58,226 bases of DNA from an uncultured Candidatus Saccharibacteria bacterium (GTDB lineage: Bacteria > Patescibacteriota > Minisyncoccia > 2-02-FULL-40-12 > IGHO2-12-FULL-4). The notes beneath the pieces are model-generated. The model did not search any database. It was not told where the DNA came from and worked only from the letters and a program-made list of their open reading frames with translations. Location of the stretch: the NCBI GenBank assembly GCA_964580765.1, contig CAZOKW010000002.1, positions 1 to 58,226 of the forward strand, in the 5' to 3' direction. Of the stretch, positions 15,173-24,909 are shown piece by piece (positions within the stretch are counted from its first letter, which is position 1; each line of letters begins with the position of its first letter). A program made the position numbers and the translations under genes.

Positions 15173-16222
15173 ATGTTCAATAAATTTTTTGGCATCTTTT
15201 CTAAAGATATCGGTATTGATTTGGGTACAGCCAATACCCTTGTTTATGTCCGTGGCAAAGGCATTGTGATTAATGAGCCGTCGATTGTGGCCATCAACAA
15301 CAAAACCGGCACGATTTTAGCTATTGGTGAAGAGGCGCGCAAAATGGTGGGCCGGACCCCGGGATATATTGTCGTTACTAAACCATTGGTCAATGGCGTT
15401 GTTTCTGATTTTGAGGTGACCGAGCAGATGCTTAAGTATTTTATAGATCGGGTCCACAAAGAAAATTTTTCTCTGGTGCCTCGTCCGCGGGTAGTGATTG
15501 GAGTGCCTTCCGGGGTAACCGAAGTGGAAAAAAGAGCGGTGGAAGATGCCGCTTATAATGCCGGCGCCCGGGAGGTTTACTTAATTGAAGAACCGATGGC
15601 GGCGGCGATTGGCGCCCGTTTGCCCGTACAGGATGCGGCGGCTAATGTGATTATTGATGTCGGCGGCGGTTCTACGGAGATTGCCGTTATTTCCATGGGC
15701 GGGGTGGTGGCTTCGCGTTCTTTGCGCATTGCCGGCAATAAATTTAATGAGGATATTATCCGTTATTTGCGGGAAGAAAGAAATTTTTTGATCGGCGAAG
15801 CCACGGCTGAAAATATAAAAATTCGTCTTGGCTCGGCCTACCCCTTGGAAGAGGAATTAAGCGGGGAAGTTCGTGGACGGGATTTGGTGACCGGTTTACC
15901 CAAAGAAATTACCTTGACCTCCGAAGAAATTAGGCGAGCCATCTCCCGCTCTATCCGTCAGATCTTGGCCGAAATTAAATCCACCATTGAAGAAACTCCA
16001 CCCGAGTTGATTGCTGATTTGCTTAGTCGCAGTGTATTTATTTCCGGCGGGGGAAGTTTGTTGCGGGGATTGGACGAATTGATTTCCCACGAAATTAAAT
16101 TGCCGGTAAAAGTGGTGGATGATCCCTTGACTTCTGTGGCTCGCGGCTGTGGGTTTGTACTGGAGCAGATCGATAAACTCAAAGAAGTATTGGTAGAAAC
16201 TTCTAAAGAGGCCTATCTATAA
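15173..16222 (+). CDS. mreB: rod-shape actin homologue MreB
   Basis: 'IGIDLGTANT', 'DVGGGSTEIAV' and 'GGGSLLRGL' motifs. Confidence 0.95.
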   Translation: MFNKFFGIFSKDIGIDLGTANTLVYVRGKGIVINEPSIVAINNKTGTILAIGEEARKMVGRTPGYIVVTKPLVNGVVSDFEVTEQMLKYFIDRVHKENFSLVPRPRVVIGVPSGVTEVEKRAVEDAAYNAGAREVYLIEEPMAAAIGARLPVQDAAANVIIDVGGGSTEIAVISMGGVVASRSLRIAGNKFNEDIIRYLREERNFLIGEATAENIKIRLGSAYPLEEELSGEVRGRDLVTGLPKEITLTSEEIRRAISRSIRQILAEIKSTIEETPPELIADLLSRSVFISGGGSLLRGLDELISHEIKLPVKVVDDPLTSVARGCGFVLEQIDKLKEVLVETSKEAYL

Positions 16223-16252
16223 CTTCTCCTTCGCATCCAATCCAAACCAATT

Positions 16253-17062
16253 ATGCGGGTTAAATTTTTGAAAAAGTTTATGGCGGGATTGGCGGTCGTT
16301 TTATTGTTGATTTTTTTTAATAACTATTGGAGTAATCAGTTTTTGAAGAGTTCGGTACTGTCTGTTTTTAAAAAACCGATGGGTATCAGCTATTCTTTTT
16401 TAAATCAAACCAAACAGTGGGTGACTTCCTGGTTTAAGACCGGTGAACTGCTGCGGGAGAATACGGTTTTACAGGCGGAAAATCGCCAACTTGTTTCAGC
16501 CAATTTAAAAATAGCCGAATTAGAAAAAGAAAATAACTTTTTAAGGAAAGGATTGGGAGTCGTCAAAAGAAAAAGTTTCCAAGTAGCGGTGGCCAGAGTT
16601 TTCCATCAGCAGTTCAATGGCCAATCCCAAACATCTTTAATTGACATTGGCGACAACGAGAAGATTAAAGTAGGGATGCCGGTAATTTTTGACGGGGAGG
16701 TGCTTTACGGAGTGATTAAAGAAGTTTATCTCACCAGCGCTCTGGTTTATTTGATTACCGATCCCAGAGTGATCTTGAGCGTCAAAATTAAAGATGAGCA
16801 GGCGGAAAGGGCGGAAATTATGGGAAGAAGCCGGGGGGCTTTGGCAGACGGGTTATCATTGGAATTGATAGCCAATCAGGAGGAAATTAAGGTGGGTGAT
16901 TTGGTTATTACCAGTGGTTTAGATGATTTGCCCAGTGCTTTATTGGTGGGGAAAATTAGAACCGTCAAAACGGATCCCGGCGCTATTTTTAAAGAGATCA
17001 ATATTGAGCCGGTCTTTAAGAGTTTATTGGTTGACCGGGTTTTTGTTCTAAAGGTCTTTTGA
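16253..17062 (+). CDS. mreC: rod-shape protein MreC
   Basis: N-terminal TM, a coiled coil ('ENRQLVSANLKIAELEKEN') and beta-rich domains. Position between mreB and mreD. Confidence 0.8.
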   Translation: MRVKFLKKFMAGLAVVLLLIFFNNYWSNQFLKSSVLSVFKKPMGISYSFLNQTKQWVTSWFKTGELLRENTVLQAENRQLVSANLKIAELEKENNFLRKGLGVVKRKSFQVAVARVFHQQFNGQSQTSLIDIGDNEKIKVGMPVIFDGEVLYGVIKEVYLTSALVYLITDPRVILSVKIKDEQAERAEIMGRSRGALADGLSLELIANQEEIKVGDLVITSGLDDLPSALLVGKIRTVKTDPGAIFKEINIEPVFKSLLVDRVFVLKVF

Positions 17063-17565
17063 AAAACAATCTTTATCTTATGAATAATCGTTATTTTGTT
17101 TTAGTTTCCGTCGGAATTTTTTTAACAGAGTATTTTTTTTCAATTATATGGCCGTCTTTGTTGGAGGTTAATCTTTTTTCTATCTGGGTTTTGGCGGTAT
17201 TTTTTTTGAACCGGGGGCAAAAAGTTAATTTGGCCGTTATTTTAACGATAACAATCGGTTTTGATCTTTGGTCGGGCAATTTTTTTGGCGTCTTAACTTT
17301 GTCTTTACTTTTTATGAGTTTGATTATTTTTTTAGTAAAAAAGATTATGTTAATGGAGGGTCGGGGGATGGTTCCGGCGGTTCTTTGGCTAACAGGATTT
17401 TATTACTTATTTCTTTTTTTGAACGCGGCGGTTGGAAGTTTTTATGAAAAGTTCGCTATGCCGGTTTTAAATTTTACCGGATTAATGAAAATAATCATCT
17501 GGGTTATAATGACGGTAATTCTTCATAAGATTTTTTCTAATGAAAAAAGAGTATCGCGTTTCTAA
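17059..17565 (+). CDS. mreD: MreD-like integral membrane protein
   Basis: 168 aa and wholly hydrophobic, located between mreC and PBP2. An alternative ATG start is at 17080. Confidence 0.55.
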   Translation: MKNNLYLMNNRYFVLVSVGIFLTEYFFSIIWPSLLEVNLFSIWVLAVFFLNRGQKVNLAVILTITIGFDLWSGNFFGVLTLSLLFMSLIIFLVKKIMLMEGRGMVPAVLWLTGFYYLFLFLNAAVGSFYEKFAMPVLNFTGLMKIIIWVIMTVILHKIFSNEKRVSRF

Positions 17566-19441
17566 TTATGAAGGTCGCGAGGTATCTCCGGAAGAAACAC
17601 TGGTCGATTCTCTGGGGTCGTCAAAAATCGAAGCGCCGATCAGCCAATCGGTTCCTCGTTTTTCTTTTGCGCTAATCTTATCAGTTTTGGGCGTTTTTCT
17701 TTTTACGGCTTTTCGTTTACAAATTTTACAAGGAGAAAGTTTCCGCCGAATCGCTTTCGGCAACCGTTCAACGGCCTACGAAATTCCTTCCTTGCGCGGA
17801 GATATTTTAGACAGGAACGGGATCGTTTTGGCCGAAAACAAACCGGTTTTTGACCTCATTGCCGTTTCTGCGGATCTGCCAAAAAAGAAGGAAGAGCTGA
17901 ATGCCTTGGCCGTGGAATTAGGGAGTATTTTGATTGAAACACCAGAAAAAATCGCCAAGACCTTGGAAAATAAAAGCATCCAGGAGTCCTTTTTGATCAA
18001 GAAAAATTTAAAAAAAGCCGAAGTGCTAAAAATACAAAATCGTTTCCAGCGCGGGATTTATGTTGTTAGCGGAGCGGAGCGGTTTTATCCCAGTGGCCCA
18101 AAGGTTTCAGCGGTCATTGGTTATGTCGGAAAAGTTAATAAGGAAGATTTACTTGATCGGTATTATGGTTTAAACGACCGGCGTGGTCGGAATGGTCTGG
18201 AAGATAGTTATGAAAAGTATCTGCGGGGAGAGCATGGGCAAGTTTTTTTTGACCGGTCTAATAACCACTACTCGGTCAAGGAGCCCGGTTCCGGTTCAAG
18301 TCTGGTTTTAAATATTGACGCCGGAGTCCAGAAACATCTTTATGATGCTCTTTCCGGTGTTTCGGGGTCGGTCGGGATTAAGGCGGGAGCCGCGGTGGTT
18401 CAAAATCCCAAAACAGGCGAGATTTTGGGTTTAGTTAGTTTGCCTTCATTTGATAATAATCAACTCACCGGAGAATTAAGCCAAGAAGTTTATAAAAAAT
18501 ATTTTCAAAGCAGCGGCCGGCCCACTTTTAATCGGGCCATTTCCGGGCGGTATAATCCGGGCTCTACCATCAAGCCGTTGTTGGCCTTAGCCGGTTTAAA
18601 AGAAGGAGTAATTGATCCGCGAACGACCATTACTGATTTAACCGGGTTTATTACCATAAAAAATATGTATAATCCGGATATTGTCTATACTTACAGGGAT
18701 TGGAAAGTTCAGGGAACAGTTGATTTAAAAAACGCTCTCGCCCAGTCCTCGGATATCTATTTTTACTCGGTCGGCGGAGGATATAATAAGATTAAAGGGC
18801 TGGGATATGTTGTTTTGGAAAAATATTTTCGCCTTTTCCGGATCGATAAAATTTTGGGTATTGATTTACCCGGAGAAGTGTCGGGGTTTGTACCAAGCGA
18901 AGAGTGGAAAATAGAACAATTTGATCAACCCTGGTTTGTCGGCGATACTTACAATGTTTCCATCGGCCAAGGGGATTTACTGACCACTCCTTTGTGGTTA
19001 AGCGCATACGTTTCGGCTATTGCCAATGGCGGCATTTTTTATCAGCCGTTTGTGGTGAAAAAAATTATTGATAAAGACGGAAAAAAAGTGCGGGAATTTT
19101 CCAGCCGGGAATTGGGTCGCTTACCGTTTGATGAAGAAACTTTCAAAATGGTTAAGGAAGGAATGCGTTTGGCGGTGGTCTCCGGTACGGCTAAATTACT
19201 AAATAATTTACCAGTAGAAGTGGCGGCCAAAACCGGCACAGCCGAAGCAGGTGTCAAGGGTTCCGGGTTTAATTCTCTTTTCATTGCCTATGCTCCTTAT
19301 GACAATCCGGAAATTGCCATAGCCATCGCTATTGAGAATATCGGCAAAACCCAAGGACTGGCCATTAAAACAACCCACGATTTTTTAGCCTGGTATTTTG
19401 GTAAAACACTCAATATTGATTATCCACAGGTTACCCCTTGA
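17540..19441 (+). CDS. mrdA: penicillin-binding protein 2 (elongasome transpeptidase)
   Basis: PBP dimerisation domain plus 'STIKP' (SxxK), 'SSD' (SxN-like) and 'KTGTA' motifs. Confidence 0.9.
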   Translation: MKKEYRVSNYEGREVSPEETLVDSLGSSKIEAPISQSVPRFSFALILSVLGVFLFTAFRLQILQGESFRRIAFGNRSTAYEIPSLRGDILDRNGIVLAENKPVFDLIAVSADLPKKKEELNALAVELGSILIETPEKIAKTLENKSIQESFLIKKNLKKAEVLKIQNRFQRGIYVVSGAERFYPSGPKVSAVIGYVGKVNKEDLLDRYYGLNDRRGRNGLEDSYEKYLRGEHGQVFFDRSNNHYSVKEPGSGSSLVLNIDAGVQKHLYDALSGVSGSVGIKAGAAVVQNPKTGEILGLVSLPSFDNNQLTGELSQEVYKKYFQSSGRPTFNRAISGRYNPGSTIKPLLALAGLKEGVIDPRTTITDLTGFITIKNMYNPDIVYTYRDWKVQGTVDLKNALAQSSDIYFYSVGGGYNKIKGLGYVVLEKYFRLFRIDKILGIDLPGEVSGFVPSEEWKIEQFDQPWFVGDTYNVSIGQGDLLTTPLWLSAYVSAIANGGIFYQPFVVKKIIDKDGKKVREFSSRELGRLPFDEETFKMVKEGMRLAVVSGTAKLLNNLPVEVAAKTGTAEAGVKGSGFNSLFIAYAPYDNPEIAIAIAIENIGKTQGLAIKTTHDFLAWYFGKTLNIDYPQVTP

Positions 19442-19484
19442 TTTTTTATTTTATTTGATATATAATTCTCTTTCCATAAATGAT

Positions 19485-19943
19485 ATGAACCAGGGTCAAT
19501 ACTTCAGTCCCGAAGGACTGGAAAAACTAAAAAAAGAGCTGGAAGAGCGCAAATATGTTTTACGCAAAGAGATTGCGACTAAAATAGTTGAGGCCAAAGA
19601 TCTGGGGGACTTGGCGGAAAACGCTGAATTTACCGAGGCCAAAGAAATGCAGGCCTTTAATGAAGGACGGATCGAAGAATTGGATAGTATTTTAAAGCAT
19701 GCTCAATTGATTTTTAAGCCCAGCGGGGGAATAGTGGAAGTGGGCTCAACGGTCAAAGCCAAGTCCCCGATGGGTGAGCATACCTTTACCATTGTCGGCG
19801 CCTCCGAATCCAATCCGGTCCAAGGTTTTATTTCCAATGAGTCACCTCTTGGGCAAGCTTTTATTGGTCAAATCAAAGGAAACGAAATAGAAGTGCGTAC
19901 TCCTAAGGGGTTCGTGAAGTATAAAATTTTGGAAGTGCTCTAG
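19485..19943 (+). CDS. greA: transcription elongation factor GreA
   Basis: 'GDLAENAEFTEAKE' coiled-coil tip and a C-terminal 'ISNESPLGQAFIG' domain. Start set to the ATG at 19485. Confidence 0.9.
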   Translation: MNQGQYFSPEGLEKLKKELEERKYVLRKEIATKIVEAKDLGDLAENAEFTEAKEMQAFNEGRIEELDSILKHAQLIFKPSGGIVEVGSTVKAKSPMGEHTFTIVGASESNPVQGFISNESPLGQAFIGQIKGNEIEVRTPKGFVKYKILEVL

Positions 19944-19947
19944 TTTT

Positions 19948-20183
19948 GAGCTTAGTTAGGGTATATTGCTTTTTCTGGACACTCGTTTCCCCAGCGAGGA
20001 AACTTCGCTCATTGCGGGCTATGGATTCGGAAACCGACCCCGCTCCTCGCTTCAGGGAATAAGAATAAATTCACTAACCAAGGCCAGAAGTACCCATATG
20101 TCATCTTGCTGACCACTTCAGCGAGGAGCTCTGCAATCCACAGCCCGCAGTGCCTACAAAAGCAACATACCCTAACTAAGCTC
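19948..20183 (+). repeat. long-hairpin element, copy B
   Basis: 25/26-bp outer arms (19948-19973 / 20158-20183) and the conserved GGACACT...AGTGCC core. Confidence 0.8.
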
Positions 20184-20268
20184 CCAAGTTGCCCTTGATT
20201 TGACAAAGTTGGAAGTTTTTAGTACTATAACCTGAAAGGGTTTTTGTTGTTTAAAAAGGAGAAAAGCG

Positions 20269-20628
20269 GTGAAAAAGGTTGCCATCTTTCTGTCTTTAAT
20301 TTTTATGGTCTTTTTGCTTCAATCATGTGGATTGGCTAAACCATATGATATTAAAAAAGTGGCTTTGGCCAATTCAAAGTATCTGGTAAAAATTACCGCA
20401 GATATCAACTTACATCTTGACCCAACAATTTATATTTGGGCCGAAGAAGTTATTTATGAGCAAAACGAAAAAAGAGTGCACATTAAAAATGGTTGGTTGG
20501 CTAATGAAGAGTATGCCCACGGAGCCTCCTTTTTTCTCAAAGAAGTTACTTTTCAAATTGTTTTCCCGGTCTCTCTAACTATCGAGGAATTGGCTACCAG
20601 ACAAAAAGTGGAGATCATTAATAAATAG
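20269..20628 (+). CDS. small lipoprotein of unknown function
   Basis: GTG start after AAGGAG. Signal peptide with lipobox 'LLQSCG'. Confidence 0.55.
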   Translation: MKKVAIFLSLIFMVFLLQSCGLAKPYDIKKVALANSKYLVKITADINLHLDPTIYIWAEEVIYEQNEKRVHIKNGWLANEEYAHGASFFLKEVTFQIVFPVSLTIEELATRQKVEIINK

Positions 20629-20642
20629 CCTCAGTATTATTT

Positions 20643-20668
20643 ATCGGCTTAATAGCCGATTTTGTTTT
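20643..20668 (+). terminator. rho-independent terminator
   Basis: ATCGGCT / AGCCGAT stem plus TTTTGTTTT. Nearly the same hairpin recurs at 31735. Confidence 0.7.
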
Positions 20669-20697
20669 GTCTGAAATATTGCTATAATCGAAAATAC

Positions 20698-22134
20698 ATG
20701 TCTTTAGAAGAAATCCGCAAGACAAAAATAGAAAAGCTGGAACTGCTGCGCAAAGCGGGGGTGAATCCTTATCCGGAGAAATCATGGCGCACTCATGAGG
20801 TCAGGCAAGCGCTGGAAAATTTTGATAAATTTTCGGCGGACAAAGACCGAGTGGTTTTGGCTGGTCGGGTAATGGCTTACCGCGAACATGGCGCCTCCTG
20901 TTTTTTGGACCTGGAAGACGCCAGCGGGCGGATTCAGCTTTATTTGAAAAAGGATGTGGTGGGGGACTTTGATTACGATCTATTTTTAAAAACCATTGAT
21001 ATAGGGGATTTCTTGGAGGTCTCCGGTTTTCTGATGAAAACAAAAAAAGAGGAAAGGACTTTGGAAGTGGAAAAATACCGTTTACTGGCCAAAGCCCTCT
21101 TGCCTTTGCCGGAAAAATGGCATGGCTTGCAGGATGTGGAAGAAAGATACCGCAAACGCTACCTGGACTTTATTTTTAATCCGGAGGTCAGAAAAAAAAT
21201 TGCCACCCGCACTTTAATTGTTAAGGAAATAAGGAATTTTTTGGATAGCCATAATTTTCTGGAGGTGGAGACCCCTATTTTGCAAACTTTGGCCGGCGGA
21301 GCCAATGCTCAACCGTTTGAGACCCACCTTAATACTCTTAATCTGAATCTTTTTTTGAGAATTGCTCCGGAGCTTTATCTCAAACGGCTTTTGGTGGGCG
21401 GATTTGAGAAAGTTTATGAGTTTGCCAAAAATTTCCGCAATGAAGGCATGGACCGGGATCACAATCCGGAATTTACCATGTTGGAATTTTACGCGGCTTA
21501 TTGGGATTACGAAAAAATGATGTCATTTTTAGAAAAAATGCTTGAACAGGTGGCCGGTAAAATTTCTCAAATAAACTTCAAAGGCCCTTATCCGAAAATT
21601 TCGTTTAATGATTTGTTCAAAAAATACACCGGTCTGAATTATGACGAAGCCGATGAAGAAACTTTGATCAAGAAAGCCAAAGAACTGGAGATAAAAATCG
21701 AAAAAACCATGACCAAGGGCAATGTGGCCGATGAGATTTACAAAAAAGTGGCCCGGCCTAAAATAATTGAGCCGACTTTTATCATTAATCATCCGGTGGA
21801 AATTTCTCCGCTGTCCAAGAAAATGGAAAAAGATCCGGAACATGTGGCCCGTTTCCAACTGGTGGCGGGAGGAACAGAAATCATGAACGGATTTTCCGAA
21901 TTAAATGACCCGCTGGATCAAAGAGAGCGCCTGGAAGAACAAGAGAAAATCGCTAAAAAAGGCAATAAAGAAGCCCATCGTTTGGACGAGGAATTTATAG
22001 AAGCGCTGGAGTATGGCATGCCCCCGGCCGCCGGAGTAGGTATCGGCATTGACCGCTTAGCCGCCCTTTTGACAGACACCCATTCAATTAGAGAAATCAT
22101 CCTGTTCCCTTTGATGAAACCTAAACAAGAATAA
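20698..22134 (+). CDS. lysS: lysyl-tRNA synthetase, class II
   Basis: OB-fold N-terminus, 'FRNEG' motif 2 and a 'GIGIDRL' motif 3 region. Start set to the ATG at 20698. Confidence 0.95.
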   Translation: MSLEEIRKTKIEKLELLRKAGVNPYPEKSWRTHEVRQALENFDKFSADKDRVVLAGRVMAYREHGASCFLDLEDASGRIQLYLKKDVVGDFDYDLFLKTIDIGDFLEVSGFLMKTKKEERTLEVEKYRLLAKALLPLPEKWHGLQDVEERYRKRYLDFIFNPEVRKKIATRTLIVKEIRNFLDSHNFLEVETPILQTLAGGANAQPFETHLNTLNLNLFLRIAPELYLKRLLVGGFEKVYEFAKNFRNEGMDRDHNPEFTMLEFYAAYWDYEKMMSFLEKMLEQVAGKISQINFKGPYPKISFNDLFKKYTGLNYDEADEETLIKKAKELEIKIEKTMTKGNVADEIYKKVARPKIIEPTFIINHPVEISPLSKKMEKDPEHVARFQLVAGGTEIMNGFSELNDPLDQRERLEEQEKIAKKGNKEAHRLDEEFIEALEYGMPPAAGVGIGIDRLAALLTDTHSIREIILFPLMKPKQE

Positions 22135-22138
22135 TCAG

Positions 22139-22204
22139 CCAGAGGCGGAGTGGGGACACTTTTGTGAGCGCCGTCGAACAAAAGTATGTCCACCGGAGCC
22201 TCTC
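22139..22204. repeat. Family-1 palindromic element, short form, intergenic (lysS|serS)
   Basis: CCAGAGGCGGAGTGGGGACACTTTTG...CAAAAGTATGTCCACCGGAGCCTCTC. Confidence 0.85.
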
Positions 22205-22207
22205 GAG

Positions 22208-23551
22208 ATGATGTTAGACATTAAATTTATTCGTAATAATCCGGAAAAAGTTAAAGAGGCGCTGGAGAAGCGCCATGTTAAAGCCGATGTGGATAAAATT
22301 TTGGTCTTGGATGAACGCCGGAGGAAAATTACCGGTGATTTGGACGAGGCCAGAGCGGGACAAAATAAAAGATCAAAAGGCGGGCCAAAAGAACCGGCGG
22401 AGTTGGCTCGCCTCGCCGAAGCCTCCGGCGTAGCGCGGGAAGAACTGAAAAAACTGAAAGAAAAAATAAAAGTTACGGAAGAAGAATTTAAAACCATTGA
22501 TCAGGATTTTGAATCGGCCATGTATTCTCTGCCGAACATTCCCTTTGAAGAGGTGCCGATAGGAAAAGATGAAAAAGAAAATAAGATCTTAAGAGAAGAA
22601 GGCGGGAAACCAAAATTTGATTTTGAGCCATTGTCGTACATCGAACTAGGCGAAAAATTGGATTGGATTGATACCGAAAGAGCGGCTAAGGTTTCCGGGA
22701 CGCGGTTTGGCTATTTAAAACACGAAGCTCCCCTGTTGGAATTTGCTCTGATTAATTTTACTTTGGCTCGGCTGGCTGATAAAAAATTTGTTGCTAAAGT
22801 GGTTAAGAAAAACAAACTATCAACGACCGTTAAACCATTTATTCCACTCGTTCCGCCGGTGATGATCAAGCCGGAGGCTTTCCGGGCCATGGGCAAATTA
22901 GACCCGGGACAAGAAGAAGAAAGGTATTATTTGCCCAAAGATGAACTTTATTTGATTGGTAGCGCCGAACATACTACGGGGGCGATGCATATGAATGAAA
23001 TTTTACCGGCCGAAAATCTGCCCCATCGCCATATTGCTTTTTCTACCGCCTTCCGGCGGGAAGCCGGTTCGTATGGTAAAGATACTCGCGGACTTTTTAG
23101 AGTGCATCAGTTTGACAAATTGGAGATGTTTTCATTCGTTAAGCCGGAAAATTCTCGCGCTGAACACGATTTGTTTTTGGCCCTACAGGAAGAAATGATG
23201 CGGGAACTGAAAATTCCATACCGGGTCATGCTAATTTGCGCTGGTGATATGGTTTGGACCGATGCCAAGCAATATGATATTGAGTCGTGGTTTCCTTCGC
23301 AGAACGCTTATCGGGAAACCCACTCCACTTCCAACTCCACCGACTTTCAAGCCCGCCGGTTAAAAGTAAGATTTAGGAATAAAGAAAACCAGATGGAATT
23401 GGTCCACACCGTTAACGGTACGGCTTTTGCCATCGGACGGATTATCTTGGCCATCATGGAAAACTATCAGACCAAATCCGGTTCAGTAAAAATTCCTAAG
23501 CCATTGCAAAAATACATGTTGGGGATTAAGGAAGTAATGACTAGAAAATAG
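22208..23551 (+). CDS. serS: seryl-tRNA synthetase, with an in-frame GC hairpin insert in the coiled-coil arm
   Basis: 'MLDIKFIRNN', class II motifs ('FRREAGS', 'TLNGTA'-like 'TVNGTAFAIGR'). Confidence 0.95.
   Translation: MMLDIKFIRNNPEKVKEALEKRHVKADVDKILVLDERRRKITGDLDEARAGQNKRSKGGPKEPAELARLAEASGVAREELKKLKEKIKVTEEEFKTIDQDFESAMYSLPNIPFEEVPIGKDEKENKILREEGGKPKFDFEPLSYIELGEKLDWIDTERAAKVSGTRFGYLKHEAPLLEFALINFTLARLADKKFVAKVVKKNKLSTTVKPFIPLVPPVMIKPEAFRAMGKLDPGQEEERYYLPKDELYLIGSAEHTTGAMHMNEILPAENLPHRHIAFSTAFRREAGSYGKDTRGLFRVHQFDKLEMFSFVKPENSRAEHDLFLALQEEMMRELKIPYRVMLICAGDMVWTDAKQYDIESWFPSQNAYRETHSTSNSTDFQARRLKVRFRNKENQMELVHTVNGTAFAIGRIILAIMENYQTKSGSVKIPKPLQKYMLGIKEVMTRK
22405..22439. repeat. Family-5 GC hairpin insert, in-frame in serS
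   Basis: GGCTCGCCTCGCCGAAGCCTCCGGCGTAGCGCGGG. A near-identical copy is at 47791-47831 in mnmA. Confidence 0.75.
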
Positions 23552-23561
23552 AGATTTCTTA

Positions 23562-24374
23562 ATGGTCAAAACTATTAACCAAGCCTATCAGGAGAAATAT
23601 CAACAAGAAAAAAAGAGGAAAATTTTTAGAAAAGTTTTCCTCTTTTTAGTTTTATTTTTTGGTTTGGCGGGGGGAACGGTTTATGCTCTTTTTTTCTCCA
23701 ATCTTTTTAACATCAGTGAAATAAATATTTCTAACAGCGGTTTTGTAAAAAATCAGGAGATTCGGTCCTTGGTAGACAGCTATCTTTCACAACAGAAACT
23801 ATTCATCCCAAGATTTAATAGTATTTTTCTAGCCAATGCCAGCCAAATTAGCGCCATGATAAACCGGGAATTTCCGGCGGCGGAAAATATTAAAGTGAAA
23901 AAAAGATATTTTCATGCTTTGGAAATATCTTTGGATTATAAAAAAGCCGTCGGAGTCTGGTGTTACAAAACAGCCGATCAGTGTTTTTATTTTGACCGTT
24001 CCGGGGCAATTTTTGATGCCGTGACTGAAACCAGCGGATCCTTGTTGGTCAATATCATGGACGAAAAAGGGAGTTTTGAGAATTTGGGCCAGCCGGCGGC
24101 TGACCCTGCGCTAGTCAATTTAATTTTTGAAACAAAGGATCGACTGGAGAAAATTAAAATAGGGGTCTTTAAATTCGTTGTTCCGGCCGAGGAAGATTTT
24201 CGCCTGGATATCCAAACGGTCGAAGGCTGGAAGATCTATTTGAGTACCAAAGATGATCTGGTGAGACAGTTTAAAAGTTTGGAAGTTTTTCTGGCTCAAA
24301 AAATTACTTCGGAAAAAAGAAGTCAGTTGCAGTACATTGACCTTACCGTTCCCAATAGGGTTTACTACAAGTAA
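23562..24374 (+). CDS. FtsQ/DivIB-like cell-division protein (TM + POTRA)
   Basis: Single N-terminal TM followed by a POTRA-like 'ISEINISNSGFVKNQEI' segment. Confidence 0.55.
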   Translation: MVKTINQAYQEKYQQEKKRKIFRKVFLFLVLFFGLAGGTVYALFFSNLFNISEINISNSGFVKNQEIRSLVDSYLSQQKLFIPRFNSIFLANASQISAMINREFPAAENIKVKKRYFHALEISLDYKKAVGVWCYKTADQCFYFDRSGAIFDAVTETSGSLLVNIMDEKGSFENLGQPAADPALVNLIFETKDRLEKIKIGVFKFVVPAEEDFRLDIQTVEGWKIYLSTKDDLVRQFKSLEVFLAQKITSEKRSQLQYIDLTVPNRVYYK

Positions 24375-24429
24375 AGTTTATGGTATATTCGGGTTAATTT
24401 TTTGAACCTTTAAATTTTTGGAGGATAAT

Positions 24430-24909
24430 TTGCCACGGAAATGGAAAGTCCTGGAGTTGTACGGTTTAGAAACTATGGCCGATTTGGTTTGGTTGCTCTT
24501 ACCGATTTTGGACGGACTAACCGTTGAAGAACAATTTAAAAAACAGTTAATTAATCGGGTGCAAAAGAAACCTCTTTCGGTAATTTATGGCGGGGCGTAT
24601 GTGGAAAAGGATACTCGAGAATGGGTTATCCTTCTAAACACAAAAAACTCTTTTGAACAGCATCTTTTTACTTTGGCTCATGAATTAGCTCATATCTTTG
24701 CTTATGAGAAAAGAAATTGGAGATGGGTGGATGTTTGGCGAACTAAAGGCGAGCAACTAGAGGATTTTTGTGATTTTTTTGCGACCGAGTGGTTGGCGAG
24801 AAATAATAACAGAGAGCAACTTGTACTAATTTTAACGAAACACCTGAATGATAAAGTCATTTATTTTTCTAATCGTCAGGGAAAAGTGTTAAACTATTTT
24901 ATCCGATAA
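24430..24909 (+). CDS. ImmA/IrrE-like zinc metallopeptidase-domain protein
   Basis: 'LAHELAHIF' HExxH motif. The likely start is the TTG at 24430, 6 nt after GGAGG (the track start at 24418 overlaps the SD). Confidence 0.45.
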   Translation: MPRKWKVLELYGLETMADLVWLLLPILDGLTVEEQFKKQLINRVQKKPLSVIYGGAYVEKDTREWVILLNTKNSFEQHLFTLAHELAHIFAYEKRNWRWVDVWRTKGEQLEDFCDFFATEWLARNNNREQLVLILTKHLNDKVIYFSNRQGKVLNYFIR

